DNA of 62,904 nucleotides, the filler included, from Olpidium bornovanus S191 (Eukaryota; Fungi; Olpidiomycota), in NCBI GenBank assembly GCA_017911155.1. It is 27 parts of 27 records of this genome, joined end to end, with 100 filler letters (N's around TTAATTAATTAA, not from the genome) between each part and the next. Parts side by side here need not be neighbours in the genome. Positions count along the whole stretch, not along the records: positions 46,239 to 49,903 come from JAEFCI010003013.1; positions 50,004 to 51,296 come from JAEFCI010010828.1; positions 51,397 to 52,757 come from JAEFCI010010673.1; positions 52,858 to 56,386 come from JAEFCI010005246.1; positions 56,487 to 58,140 come from JAEFCI010010034.1; positions 58,241 to 59,325 come from JAEFCI010008247.1; positions 59,426 to 61,104 come from JAEFCI010008775.1; positions 61,205 to 62,904 come from JAEFCI010004599.1; 19 more parts are not named here. One strand, given 5' to 3'. How positions within the stretch are numbered: the stretch's first letter is position 1; the number at the start of each line of letters is the position of its first letter. A program made the position numbers and the translations under genes. Shown here piece after piece: positions 47,254 to 61,214 of this stretch. The notes beneath the pieces were generated by a model. That model was not told the origin of the DNA. It was given only the letters and a program-made list of their open reading frames with translations, and made no database searches.

Positions 47254-48379
47254 CACAGGCCCAGGTTCGGCCGACAGCGCGCGGCTTTCCGACGGAGGAA
47301 TGAATCCTTTGCTTTCGAGAAAAAGCGTTCGTTGTTTCCCGTGGTTGGCCCACGAAAATTTGCGGATTTTTTGTTCTTTTCCCCTTGCGGCGAGCAGTAT
47401 CATACGTGGTCCGCTCTGGGGGATCCCGCGCCCATTCCAAACTACGGAGTACTCGCCCCCGTTTCGGAAGCAAAATTCACTACGCCCCTCATGTCAAAAT
47501 CCAGAAGTCACATCTGCAGCATTTTACAATAGTCCGGGCCGTATATCCGGCGGTTGTATCCCCCTTCACATCCAGTGTCAAAAGTCACACGCAAATATGG
47601 TGTCGAATCCGGCGTCGAACCCTGGCCGTTTTGACACGCGCCTAAGCATCTGCCATCGATTCACATCTGGTCGCGGAATCTGCCTTCACATTCGGCGTCA
47701 CATACGACAGCAATCATAACCACGGCCGCCTGCGGCGTCAAATCCGGCGAACGGGAGGCCGGTGGGTGTTGCCGGGAGGCTGGACGGGCGCGTCCGAATC
47801 TCGTTTGTGGGCGACAAGAGTTCGCGGGTTACCGCGCCCCGTCAGCCGCGCGAGAGCGCGGGTGAGAACGGCCGGGGGCGACGCCGAGGCTGAGAGCGCG
47901 GCTTTTACCGCTTCGCGGCGACCGGCCCTCAGTAGCTCGTTTCTTGCGGTGTGCCCGGCAGGACGTTATTTGCGGGCGCCAATGATTGAAGTGCCTCTCT
48001 CTGCCGACCGGTCGTCGAGCATTCAGAGGTCGTGCTGTGCGAGGGCGCGAAATTCGTGCACGCCGAAAGTTATGACCTGGTGCGAGGACAGGTTCAGACG
48101 AAGCTGCCGTCGCTCGCAGGAAGGGCCAAGCCGCCGACGAGGCCGTCGGAAGCCTTTAGCGCACCCCCCATGGCGCGTGAGGTATTTGGGTTGACGGAAT
48201 TCAAGATTACATCGTTGCGCTACTTGTGCGATTCGTTAATGCGGGTTGTCAGTCATTAAACCTCAGGGCTTCTCCGAGACCAATGGCGAATTGCGGGGGG
48301 AAGGTGGTGGGGAGGCAGATTATCTCTCTCTATTCTCGTCTCTGTCTCTCTCTTCTTTACTGGCGAGGCGAAATTTCGT

Positions 48380-49190
48380 GGGATTCGTTATTTATTTTGT
48401 GGAATTCGCAGTATTCGCAGAATTCGCGAGTTCGCGGTGTTCGTTTTTTTTTTTTTTTTGAGGGGGGGGGGGATTCGCAAAATTTTTTTCTTTTTAGGGA
48501 TTATCTGGATTCGCGCGATTCGCGGGACTCGAAGGATTCGTTGGATTTGTGGGATTTTTTATTTTCTGAATTTGCCGGGTTCGCCCTTTTCATTATTCTT
48601 TTTCTCGTTTGTGGGATTCGCACGCTTCTTTATGGGGTTTGTGGGATTCGCGGGATTTGCTTTTTTTTTTTTTGTTTTGCGGGATTCACTTTGCCTTTTG
48701 AATTCGCGGATTCGCAAGATTTGCGTGATTTGCGTGATTTGCGTGATTTGCTGGATTTGCTGCGCTCAACTCCCCGACGTCCATTTGACGAGACATACAC
48801 ACCGTCGCCGTCGATATAACTCGACCTCCCGCTTCGATGCCTTTTTTCTTCCCGCCGACGTCGCTCTTCGCATCGCGCTGCTGGATTCCCCGGATTCGCG
48901 GGATTCGCGGGTGTAGCTTTTTGTTTGGTTTGCGGGATTGACGGGATTCGCAGGATTTGGTGTGTTTTGCAGCTTTGCTTTTTTTTTTACGATCGGGGAT
49001 CGGGGAAATCGGGGATCTGAGCTTTTGCATTTTTTTCGGCGATCGGGGATCGGGGAAATCGGTGATCTGACAGAAGATTGGCGATCTGGCAGGGAGATCA
49101 GTGAATAAGAGATCGACAATCAGTGATAGCAGATGGGGGAGATTGAGGATCGGGAATTGCGGATCACGGACATCGGTGATTGGGGATCAG
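48380..49190. repeat. Non-coding island of dispersed GATTCGC and GATCGGGG motifs, including (GATTTGCGT)n
   Basis: At least about 15 GATTCGC/GATTTGC-like motifs in 48380-48960 and several GATCGGGG(A) motifs in 48990-49190, all on the + strand. Confidence 0.75.
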
Positions 49191-50003
49191 GTAGAAAAGA
49201 AAAAGGTATTGTGCGCCAAGCTTAGACTCAACATTTTCGGACCCGAACGGCAACCCCTACTCCTCACCAGAAATAACAGATGCCTGGATTCTTTTCTGTA
49301 GGAATTGAAGAGCTGTGTATCTTGGTAAGATTGTATAAGACAGATTTCAGATCGGTGAGGTTTTGAGGAAGTAGATAGATGTTGAAGTTGGCGACCAGGG
49401 ATCGGCTTTATATGGCGGCGGACCGAATTTGAAACGTCAAATTTCCCCCGAATATACCACGAAAAAAGTATATATTGACAAAAATATTGATAAACTGATT
49501 TATTTGACTTAGTTACTGCAAGAAATCAGCAACCTCTTCTCAGAAAAATACTAGCAGAACGTCTGGTTCCAAATGCCCGTGTACACTGTTTGCAAATGAC
49601 TGCCAGCTTTGCCAGTTTTCAGTTTGTGCTCAGCTGTGGCTCGGTGACGCCCTGTAACCACTGATTGAGGAGTTCCTGATCCACGGCGCTATCCCCCCCG
49701 TAGCTGTCTCCAATATCGGTTTCCTCTGTGGTTGTACTCCTGAGTCTGTTCGTTTGCTTCAGGATGCTGATCTGCCCTCGACTGTTGAGCCATGGCAGGA
49801 TTGAGTTGCCTGGCAGCTGTATGCTTCTTTACTCTTAGCATGGTGGCTGTTGTGTGCTGTTATGTGCTGTCTGGTTCATGTGAGTGGTGTGGGCTTTGGG
49901 GGGNNNNNNNNNNNNNNNNNNNNNNNNNNNNNNNNNNNNNNNNNNNNTTAATTAATTAANNNNNNNNNNNNNNNNNNNNNNNNNNNNNNNNNNNNNNNNN
50001 NNN

Positions 50004-51236
50004 CCAAGCTTGCTCCCGGGGCCTGAAGTTGCGGACGGAGGCAGCGGCAAACCCGCCGAGAAAGGGTTAATTCCCACAGTAACCGGCAATAAGGATCCTA
50101 CAGGTCTGAGAATCGCAACTCATGCCGCGACGTTGGCATCCGCGCGGGAGATGAAATCACCCGGGGCGGAGACGCCCTCGACGGCCATCAAGCGGGGCCT
50201 GGCCACGCCTTTGCAAAAGGACAAGCTGCGGACCGGCCAGTGGGGCTCGGACGGCTCCCTTCTCCACACCCTCGGAAGGACTTCGGACGAAGTGCCGTCT
50301 GACCCGGGTACTGCTCTGCTGGCCCTGAAGCGCGGCGGGAAATTCCAGATGGGCTGCAGCGTGCCGTCTGCTCTCAGCAAGCTGGCGGAGGACTCGCCAG
50401 GTAGCGATTTGGGCGGGGGGGTACGCGAGGACGAGGGGCCCCTCGGCCTGACCATCACCACCGGGCAGATGGACGGGTTAAATTTGGTCGCGGTCAACGC
50501 CTCTCCCGAGGTACCTGCCACCGGCCGGAAGCGTTCAAATTCGGAATCAATTTATTTGCCGTCATCCTCGGGGCCGGCCGCCGATACCGGCCCCGGTCCA
50601 AGTCCGCAGCAACCCGAGACTGCAGGTGCCGCAGGTACTTGGCATTTCCCGCGCCTGCGCTGCGTCGCCAGGTGTGCCGGTCCTGACTTAGTTCCTACTG
50701 CCGTTTGGGTGCAAATTGCCGGACTCCGACAATTTCCTTGAAGACGGCGTGAGTATTGCGTGGTAGTGAATAACCAATTTCAAGAGCCCGACTGCGTTTT
50801 GATTCTCGGTGGTCTATGCCTCCCGCCGGGATTTTTCCCCCTCCGGGCGTCTGCTTTCCGACTTGTGTGCAGCGGGACCGGGCCACCGGCGCCGTTTCGC
50901 ACGGCGCGGGTTCCCGGCTGCCGCGCCTTCGCGTCACGGCCGCTAACTCCCAGTCCCGGATAATGCAGAAGCCCTCGTCTCTGCCGCCGGAGATTCCTCG
51001 GGCGAAAGGCATAAAGTGAGCTCTCGTGCTCCCTGCAGCCAAAAACAAACTGCCGAACACGTCTGTTGTTCGGCCCGCCTGGCGTGGCTGACATTTGCGC
51101 GCGCGACAGGGATTCTGCCGGCGCGGTCCTCCTTAAAATCGTGCACCAGATCAGAGACACGCACAACTCACGGACCATGCAGGTCGAGCCGGGCACCACG
51201 GCCCGGCAGATTGTTGAGAGGGCGAGTAGAGTCTTT
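50004..51236 (+). CDS. Hypothetical multi-exon protein fragment; last exon has a ubiquitin-fold/RA-like start
   Basis: Long Ser/Gly/Pro-rich open frame, GT-AG-bounded exons, and LLKIVHQIRDTHNSRTMQVEPGTTARQIVER. Confidence 0.4.
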
Positions 51237-51396
51237 TGGTCCCCGCGAGGTCCTAAACTTCGCCTTTCGCTCTTTGTTCCGAATTACTGATAGTGCNNNN
51301 NNNNNNNNNNNNNNNNNNNNNNNNNNNNNNNNNNNNNNNNTTAATTAATTAANNNNNNNNNNNNNNNNNNNNNNNNNNNNNNNNNNNNNNNNNNNN

Positions 51397-51503
<107 letters not shown>

Positions 51504-52673
51504 AGCGCGGGGCCGGGGCGCGGGGACGGTTGTGCTTTTGATCCCTCGTAATGTGTGCTCTTTGGGGGTCGGGGGCTTGTGACGATCTCCGGGGCTGTGA
51601 TCCCAACGGCGCAAAACCGAGACGTACCCCGAAGAAGCCAAATTTGCCGTGAAGTCGGAGCCGCTCTCCGCTGACCGCTGCGCTGGGGAGGCCAGGTCCG
51701 AGGCAACCGAAATAACGAGGCAGGGATGTGACGTCGATTAGAAAACGGGCGGGGGGGGGGGGGGGGGGGGGGGGGGGGGAGGTGTAGGTCGGCGGAAACG
51801 TCAGAGAGCTGTGCCGTATCGCTCCGGTAAGAACACCGCCCCCCCTCTTCCTTCCCGCGTCGCGGTCAACGGTCGGGCCTGCCGTTGCCTCCGGGGGGCT
51901 GCTTCTCTGCTTTCGTGCCGCAACAAGCAGCCCTGTTTCCCCGCCGCGGGGCCGAGGCCCAAGACCCCGTTACTAACAGTGAGTGGAGGCCCGCCCCTCG
52001 GCCCCTCCCGCCGCTTGCTGCTGCTGCGGCGCCGGCGCCGAGGTTTGCAGCGAGAGGTCCTGCATGGCGTGAACTGCTGATGCGGGGCGGAGACCTTGCG
52101 GGAGAGGAGGAGGTGGTCGGGTTGCGGGAAAGAAGGGCGCAGTCTCTCCGGCGTGACGGGTGGCGTCGGTGGCGGCGGCGGCGGCGGTGGCCAGAGCAGA
52201 GAGAGAGAAGACGGTCGGCGGGCGCGGGTGCTCCCCCGCACTAAAACGCTCTCTCTCTCTCGCCCGACCGCCCTCGCCCCGGCTCGCTCGTCCGCGAGAC
52301 ACTTCACTCTCCTCCGCCCGTACTTGCCGCACCGGGACAAGCGAAAAAAAAAAGGAAAAAAAAAAAACTGCGACGTCCCTTTACAGCGCCCGGGAGACCG
52401 GCGATCTGCGCGTACGTCGCAAGCGCGCTGCGCTCGCACGCCCCGAAACGCCCACGCAATCCGCTCCCGCCCACGGTCAGCGTCGATAGACACCCGGCGT
52501 GGACGAAAGTAACCATGTCTGTGTTTGATGATAGTCAACGAAGTGGGGTAAAAAGCAGCCGAAAACGCTCCGCAAGACAACGTTTTTGAACTGTAAGGTG
52601 GATGCCATTCTCTGGAATCGCCAGGAAACGGACCCTTGGCGTGTTTGTTAGAGGCGCAGATAATCACGCCAAG

Positions 52674-52716
<43 letters not shown>

Positions 52717-53580
52717 AGGGGTAACGCTGATGAGGTTCCATGTGCTTGAGCCTGCGANNNNNNNNNNNNNNNNNNNNNNNNNNNNNNNNNNNNNNNNNNN
52801 NTTAATTAATTAANNNNNNNNNNNNNNNNNNNNNNNNNNNNNNNNNNNNNNNNNNNNGAAATCTCAGCCTGAAGATTAAAGGCTCTTCCAGAAATTGATG
52901 CCTCCCCAATACGCGGAGCGAGCCGTTGCGATGATACCGTGCGGCAGGATGGGCCAAATCCGCGACGTCGAGCACATGGCTTTGTTTTTGGCAAGCGGTG
53001 AGAATCTGCTCGTTTGATGGCAACTTGATTGGATCCCGGACACTCAGCCCGTCGCTTTTCTTAAACTCTACAGATGGTGCCATCTGGATAAACGGCAAGT
53101 TTCAGCAGAATTGCGCAGATGTCGTCTGACCTCTTAGCTGATAATTCTCTGGTGACGGCAGGCCAGGTATTTGTCGTGGACGGAGGGGCTTGGCTCCTTG
53201 GCAGCGGCATCGGTGTGCAGTTGTATCCGCAGTCCGTGGTCGCCGGTGCGAAGCTGTGAAGGGCACGAAAATGGATGCAAACAACACGAACAAGGGGCCG
53301 GCCATGACCAAGCACTGGCCGCCGGGAACGCAACCTCATGGGCTTCGGAACACCTTGAGGCGTACGAGTTCAGACTGCTGTGGACGGCCTGCCGAAACGT
53401 GGAGCGTTTGATATTTCCGCCCTTACTATTTGCATCGCAAAGGAGTGTAGTACGAAGGCCGAAATATTCAGCCCACAGTGGTTTTTTCCCGGATAAACAA
53501 TGTTGTCCTAGTCGGGTCACCTGGGCAGATCACAAAGAACACCCCACATCTTTCCATTTCTTGTACGGGACGTTCAACTC

Positions 53581-53660
53581 TACAGGAAATGGAGAGAACA
53601 TACAGGAAATGGAGAGAACATACAGGAAATGGAGAGAACATACAGGAAATGGAGAGAACA
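53581..53660. repeat. Perfect 20-bp tandem repeat x4 (TACAGGAAATGGAGAGAACA)
   Basis: Direct reading. Confidence 0.97.
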
Positions 53661-54503
53661 TTGCAAGTACCCCATGTTTCCACTGAGGTTATAGACCTGG
53701 CGTCCCGGCAAATTATTGGTGAGTTTAGGCTGGTCGCACCATGCCACGCGGATGCAACGCTTGTGGAGGATGCGGCCGCGCATTTTGTTCCTACGCGCAT
53801 ATTGTGCTCCGTTCGTCAACCGCAAGCTGTTTCGATAAAAACGTCCCCTTTGGTTCTTTTCGCCATCGGCGCAAAAACTGCATTTTGACGGCACTACGGA
53901 CGACTGTTGTCGGTGGGGTCCCTGCGCGGCGACGCATCTCGCAATTCCACGAGTACGCCGGTGGCACGCGGAACCGGCAGTGTGGGAAACACCGGCCGCA
54001 CAATTTTCCTTTGCTCTCCGGCGGCCTAAAATCACTCTTCTGTTCGCGCCTTCGTTTGTCGTGGAGAGAAGACCAACAGGGATGCTGTGCTAGGCGCGGG
54101 GAATAAATATTTGGCCTAGAAGCGGTCCCGATGCGCGAAGCATGATAACATGATCATCCTTCAAAAACACCCCTTTGATTCTTGCCAAAATAATGACACC
54201 TGAAGCGCCCGCCATGGAAAATTGGAATGCGGTTTATTGATGTCGACCGGCGTAGTACGCTTCCTTTCTGGAGCCACCCTGCAATTGCTCTGTTAGCGGA
54301 TTTAGATTTCAATGCATCCACAGGGCTCTCGCTGAATTCGGTATTTTGGTGCTCTACCATGTTCTGAACGCCTGTTGGTCCGTAGACACGACCAAAAGCG
54401 CTATCCTGCGCGCTAGGTTTCGGGAACAGACAGCGCGCGCACAAACAGGACCGCCGTTTGTGCTCAACGGATGTCACGGTGCAATCGTTGAAGCCTGCCG
54501 GCC

Positions 54504-55766
<1,263 letters not shown>

Positions 55767-58700
55767 GGCGCGCGAGGGGCTGCCGAGAGCGTTTGGCGAG
55801 TGTGGAGGTTGGGTAGGGAGGAGACAGCGCGCGGGTGGCGTTGTGCCGAGGGCGAAAAAAAAAAAAGAAACCGGGGCACCGCTTCCACGGACCACGGGCC
55901 GACGGGTCCCAAGAGCCCCCCTCCGCCCGCCGTCTTTGCCCCACCGTCTGACCCAAAAAGATGCCCGCCCAATTGGCGCTTCCCGCGCTGCCTTTGATCC
56001 TGCTGGTGATCATGGGAAACTTCGCGCCTTAACCGCGACATTCCCGCTGTCAACGGGCGCACCTGCCGCACCTGGCGCAATCAGATTTTCATGCATTATT
56101 CGTCACCGAGGGTGCAATATCAATATCACCACCGCCAATAAATAATAACAATAACAACAGCAATAATAATATTAGAGGCCGTTGAGTAACTCCAGCCTCT
56201 GTGCGTATATCAACACTTCCACGCAAAGTACTAAATACTAGTTAATAATGTATTGAACTGAGCAGCATGCCATTATAGATGGTCTAGTAATATAGTAATT
56301 AATAATTAAATATCATATGTAATTATTCGTGTATTGCATTCCTTTGGTAGAATGCTGTATTTCTAATTATTCGTGTATTGCATTCCNNNNNNNNNNNNNN
56401 NNNNNNNNNNNNNNNNNNNNNNNNNNNNNNTTAATTAATTAANNNNNNNNNNNNNNNNNNNNNNNNNNNNNNNNNNNNNNNNNNNNAATGCACCGCAGCG
56501 ACCACCAGACCTGTGCAGCACAACACCCCCCCCACGACACCGCGGCGGGGTGCCGCCGAGGGGGGGGGGGGGGGGGGGGAACAGCGCAAAGGCGCGCGTC
56601 AGCCGTGTCCCGCGAGCCTGATTCTCCATCAGCAGGTCTCGCGCCGATTTTCGACCGTAAAAGTCGGGTTTGATCGGTTTGCCGTGAAACAGGGATACGC
56701 GCCCGTACAGGTCCCCGTTGCCCCGAAAGTTTTTGATTGAATTTTGTCCGCGGGGGGACTCTTCGAGTACGCGACGAGAACCGGTCGCCGCAGGGCGAAG
56801 GGTCCCGGGGCGAACAAGGCTTTTGGGTATTGTTGCGGCGCACGTCGCCGCCGGCCAGCAAGACGTCGCAGTTGGGAAGCTTCGGCGCGGGTGGCGGTAT
56901 GTTGCGTCGCGTGGTCCGTCGGGGTGTACAACCCCCAACTTGTCGGCGCGGAACGGAGGGCGGCGTTCCCGAGGGAAGACGCGCTCCGTAACATACCAGG
57001 CGCTGTCGACACGATTTGACGGCCGGCGAGACTCCACAGTTGGATTCTTTTTCACGTTTGTCGCCGAACCGTCGCCGCGGGAGGAGAACCCGCCCGACGG
57101 AGGGGCGCGGCCGCCGGCGAACCTGGGCGATCTTGGCCATGGCCTCGGCCGGGGCGTCCAACATTCTGACGCCGGCCGGGAGCTGTCCTTCAGGCCGACG
57201 AGGACGAAGTGGTAGTGCGAAAACCACCCTCGGCTCGCAGGCGCGCCCGGCGGCCGCCGCCTCCTCCTGCTCCCCTTTCGTAAATCAGGGCGGCGTCGAC
57301 GTCGTTCACGACCAGCGCGCGGAGCGTGCGCGTCGGGATGTTCTGGATCCAAGGCGATCGCGGCGTTCTCGAGGCCGCGGTCGGCTGGTCACGGGCGAGG
57401 GCGCTGATCACTCCAATGGGACCGGCGGCCCCGTTACCGACCCTAACGATTACAGGTGCACCTCGTGGGCCGTACACTTCGGGACGACGTTCAGCTCGGT
57501 CGAGCTGGCTGCCGCGGGAGGGGGCGTTCGCTGCCGTGACGCAGAAAGACGGGGAGGGGAGTGGAATGACGTGTTATCGTGATGACTGATTTGCTGGAAT
57601 GGATCCAGTGTATATACCCTTTGATGCAACAAGTGGCCCGTGGTACACACTACGATTCTCCTCTCCGTGGTTCCCATCTCTCGGCCCAATATCTGCAGAC
57701 TGGTTCAGTGTTGGTAACGTTTTCCGAGGGTTGCGAAACCCAACGCCAAAGCCCCACGCTATTGGCCCGAGCCGTGAATGTCGTGAGGAAGCGGCAGCCC
57801 AACCAAATGCGTTCCTCCGCTCTGATTGCAGCGGCTTCCTTTGATTTCACCTCGAGTCGTCAACCGGGCACAACAGGCACGTGGTGAGCGGTATCCTCGG
57901 AAAAGGTGGTGGGTTTTGGCGCGGGGCGCCGCGCGCCCTTGACCGCCGCTTTAAAAAACCATAATCGATCGTCAGGTGACAATCACGCGACAGTTGCGCA
58001 CTCCCCTTCGCGAAGAATGTTTTTCGTTTGACGGAGCCGACCTACGCCCCCCAGCTCATCTCTTACTGTAGTAGCACCTGAAGAACCTGGACAGTAGTTG
58101 TTGTATCCCACTGGGCATCGACTACGGAAAGGCCAACATGNNNNNNNNNNNNNNNNNNNNNNNNNNNNNNNNNNNNNNNNNNNNTTAATTAATTAANNNN
58201 NNNNNNNNNNNNNNNNNNNNNNNNNNNNNNNNNNNNNNNNACAAGGGGGTCTTGGTGTCCTTGGGGGTGCTTTCTTTTTTGGAGGAGAAAGGCCCCCCCC
58301 CCCCGCCCCCCCCCCCCCCCCCCACCCCCCTCCAAAAAGCGGTTAGGGTCAGTTGGGGGTTGAGGTTAGTGGTGTTAGGATTTGGGGTATGAGGTTAGGT
58401 ATTTTACCGACTAATTACAGTGAACCCCGTCGTCGGCAATCAAACATTATGAAGGGACTTTTTACCCCACCAAGCACTAGAGACACCATAACACGGCCAC
58501 AGGCCGCGTCTTTGCAGCACTTCCATTGTCGTCTGCGCGGTCTTCGAACTCGCAGCTATACTCCACTCACTCGCGCTCTCTCAATCCTCTCTCTATCCTT
58601 TCCCTCTTGCGTTCAAGATGCCCGAAGGAGATTTTGCTTCCTCACGCCTCTGCGGGGAGGGCACTGACGCAGTCGGTGTTTCAGCTCGGCGGCATAACCG

Positions 58701-59272
58701 TTGTGAAGAATCCCACAAGCTGCGGCAAAATGTCCCGACTGCCAACCAGGCTGCGCTTCGGGCTCGGCTCGTTCAACTCACTAAGCGCGCCGGTAAACGA
58801 GATCATCGTCTTTTCCGAAACGGCGACGATGGCGAAGCCTTCGTTTACGCCAGAAGACTTCTGGTTTTTGTTGTTGTCACGGCCCTCCGCTAAACAGGTT
58901 CCGCACGTCGGCCTCTGCCCGCATTTCGTCCGGGGAGAAGTATATGGCGTAACCCTTATCTGCGCCGGCCCCCTTTTCCTTCTGCTGCCGCTGCCCCCCC
59001 TCCACGGCCGCCGCGACGGCCGTCGAAATCTCGTCTGCAATCTTTTTGCCTCCATTCTCCACCGTCGCGTACGTGAACTCGAGGGCGATATACGAGTCTG
59101 GAAGAGAATAAACCAAAACGGATGCCTTGGGTTCAGCTAAAAAACGAAGGAAAAAAAACCGCAGCCCAGAGCTTTGGAGCGAGGGATAGAAAAGTATGAA
59201 ATTTCATGGCGGCCCTGACAAAACCCGTTCCCCTTTTTCTCAACTTTCTTTTTCGACACAGGTACTCTCGGA

Positions 59273-59325
59273 CAAGGATGCGCTGATGAACATCCTTAAC
59301 GGCACCCACGACGCCCATCTATCCC
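59273..59325 (+). CDS. Short exon resembling dynein regulatory complex DRC3/LRRC48
   Basis: Strong pyrimidine tract plus CAG, then VLSDKDALMNILNGTHDAHLS (compare DRC3 VDKDTIVNAVGASHDIHL). Short match, and a competing minus-strand exon lies at about 58700-59097. Confidence 0.35.
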
Positions 59326-59559
59326 NNNNNNNNNNNNNNNNNNNNNNNNNNNNNNNNNNNNNNNNNNNNTTAATTAATTAANNNNNNNNNNNNNNNNNNN
59401 NNNNNNNNNNNNNNNNNNNNNNNNNGAAGGTGTGGATGGTGGTGGTGGTAGTGGGGGGGAGGGGTGGAAGGACAGAAAGTTTAGCGGGCAAATGGAGTCA
59501 GCAATCTCTCAAACGGTCTAAAAAAACGGCCTCGTGCACCCCATGGTTGCGCAAAAAAT

Positions 59560-61078
59560 CCTCTCGAACCTTCGCCTCCTTCGCAAACGGCTCCGACCTG
59601 GCGGCGGCGGTCCCCGACGGTATAAAAGTGGGTCAGCGAAAGAGGAGAGCGACGCGACGCACAAAACAACGCCATTTTGCCAGGCGGGCGGTCAGAAAGA
59701 CTTAGAGGAGAGCAAGAAGGCTTACTTTTTCTTCAACACGCCCATATGGATGATACGGTCGCCCGCCATCGCGACGGGGTTAGAACTGCGGCCGATCGTC
59801 TTAGAAGCGTGTCCGCAAAGCCAAAAAGGAAACAAAACAAAGTCAGGTTGACTCTTGCAGAGAACCACTGAGACGCGCTTCGACTGCATGTAAAACAAAA
59901 CAAAAAAAAGTTTGCGCGTGCAGCGGAAGGGCCCTCTGACGTACAATTCCTGTACAGGGGGCGTAGTACTCGTCGACAATATTGCCGAAAATGTTCTTTA
60001 TGCGCGCGATCAGGTCCCCGCGCCGCACGAACATGTTGCACTGCGGATAAACTTCGAGTACACCGCCTGAGAGACAAAACGGAGCAAGGTAACACCACCC
60101 CCACGAGCACTCAACTTAAGTAGTGAGAGGCAGGCTTTCTTTCGCGTCGGCACCAAAACACGGGAACGCCGAGCCTACCAGTTCTCGTGTAGATCTGAGC
60201 CGTTCACGATTCACAGTAGGAAGCAACGTCAGCGTCGCACAGACGAGCGGAGATAGGAAACGGAAAGTCCGTACCCAGAACCCCTTTGAGCAAACAATCG
60301 TGTTGGATGTCTCAGAAGTTTCGAGGTCAGCGACGGGACCCCGTGTAAACATATTGAGGTGATTTAGTATCCGCATGACACCTTTGTACGACCACTACAA
60401 GTTAATTACCACATCAGCTGCCGGAGATAACGCTCGTCGACAGACATAAAAACGTAGGATGGGAAACGGCCGCGCACTCCAGCCAGCAACACTTTAAGAG
60501 GCAGTTACCAGGACGTATTGATTTTGAAATTGTTGCGGGTTCCCGATCTCGACCGTTATCGCCTTTATCCCCCGAGAATGGACGGAGGATCTCATGGTTC
60601 CTAGTGCCGCAAGACCGCCTGAGCACCGCCGAATACGGCGCCGGCCTCTACTTTGCAAATCGAAGAACTCGCTGACAAAACAAAGGGCCAAAAATAAGGG
60701 GGGGGGGGGGGAATCGGTGGCCGTCCTCACCGTCCTGCCCGCTGTTGTGGAGAATGATTTGTGGCTGCTGAAGTTGGCCCATGATAGCACACACGGGATC
60801 GTTCATGTCGGCGCGCACGTAATACGAGTTAACCCGGCCAAAGCTGGCTGTGTGCAGGTCGATCAGGTAGTCGAAGTTCCGCAGGATCTTGGTCATCAAC
60901 TGGTACGCGTAGACCTGCGAAGCCATGCCGTCTTCCTTGCCCGGAAACGCCCGGTTCAGATCCTTGCCGTCAGGAAACTCGCGCATGAACCGCAGGTAGC
61001 CCGGAGTATTCACGCACGGGATCGCAACCACCGTGCCTCGAAGGTCGTGCACGTCGATGTCCGTAATCACTCTGTGTG
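59560..61078 (-). CDS. Succinylglutamate desuccinylase/aspartoacylase-family (M14) Zn-peptidase, C-terminal fragment
   Basis: GTVVAIPCVNTPG; DLNRAFPG; YLIDLHTAS; AITVEIGNP; GGVLEVYP; FGNIVDEYYAP; GDRIIHMG. Confidence 0.9.
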
Positions 61079-61214
61079 CCGCGCATAATCGGAAGGCTGA
61101 GCGCNNNNNNNNNNNNNNNNNNNNNNNNNNNNNNNNNNNNNNNNNNNNTTAATTAATTAANNNNNNNNNNNNNNNNNNNNNNNNNNNNNNNNNNNNNNNN
61201 NNNNCAAGGACTTC

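Noticed and set aside
49560-49860. C2H2 zinc finger of an R2-like element (CKQCTRAFGTR, minus strand)
   Set aside because: The histidines are missing and the frame contains stops.
56321-56386. Repeated AATTATTCGTGTATTGCATTCC at an AT-rich contig end
   Set aside because: Two copies at a contig edge; most likely a simple repeat or assembly end effect.
56487-58140. Possible multi-exon gene on the minus strand (HYHFVLVGLK, RTLRALVVNDVDAAL)
   Set aside because: I could not build a consistent exon chain or recognise a family.
58700-59097. RNase H-like motif (KGYAIYFSP) in a minus-strand exon
   Set aside because: Catalytic D/E residues are not identifiable, and the strand conflicts with the adjacent DRC3-like exon.
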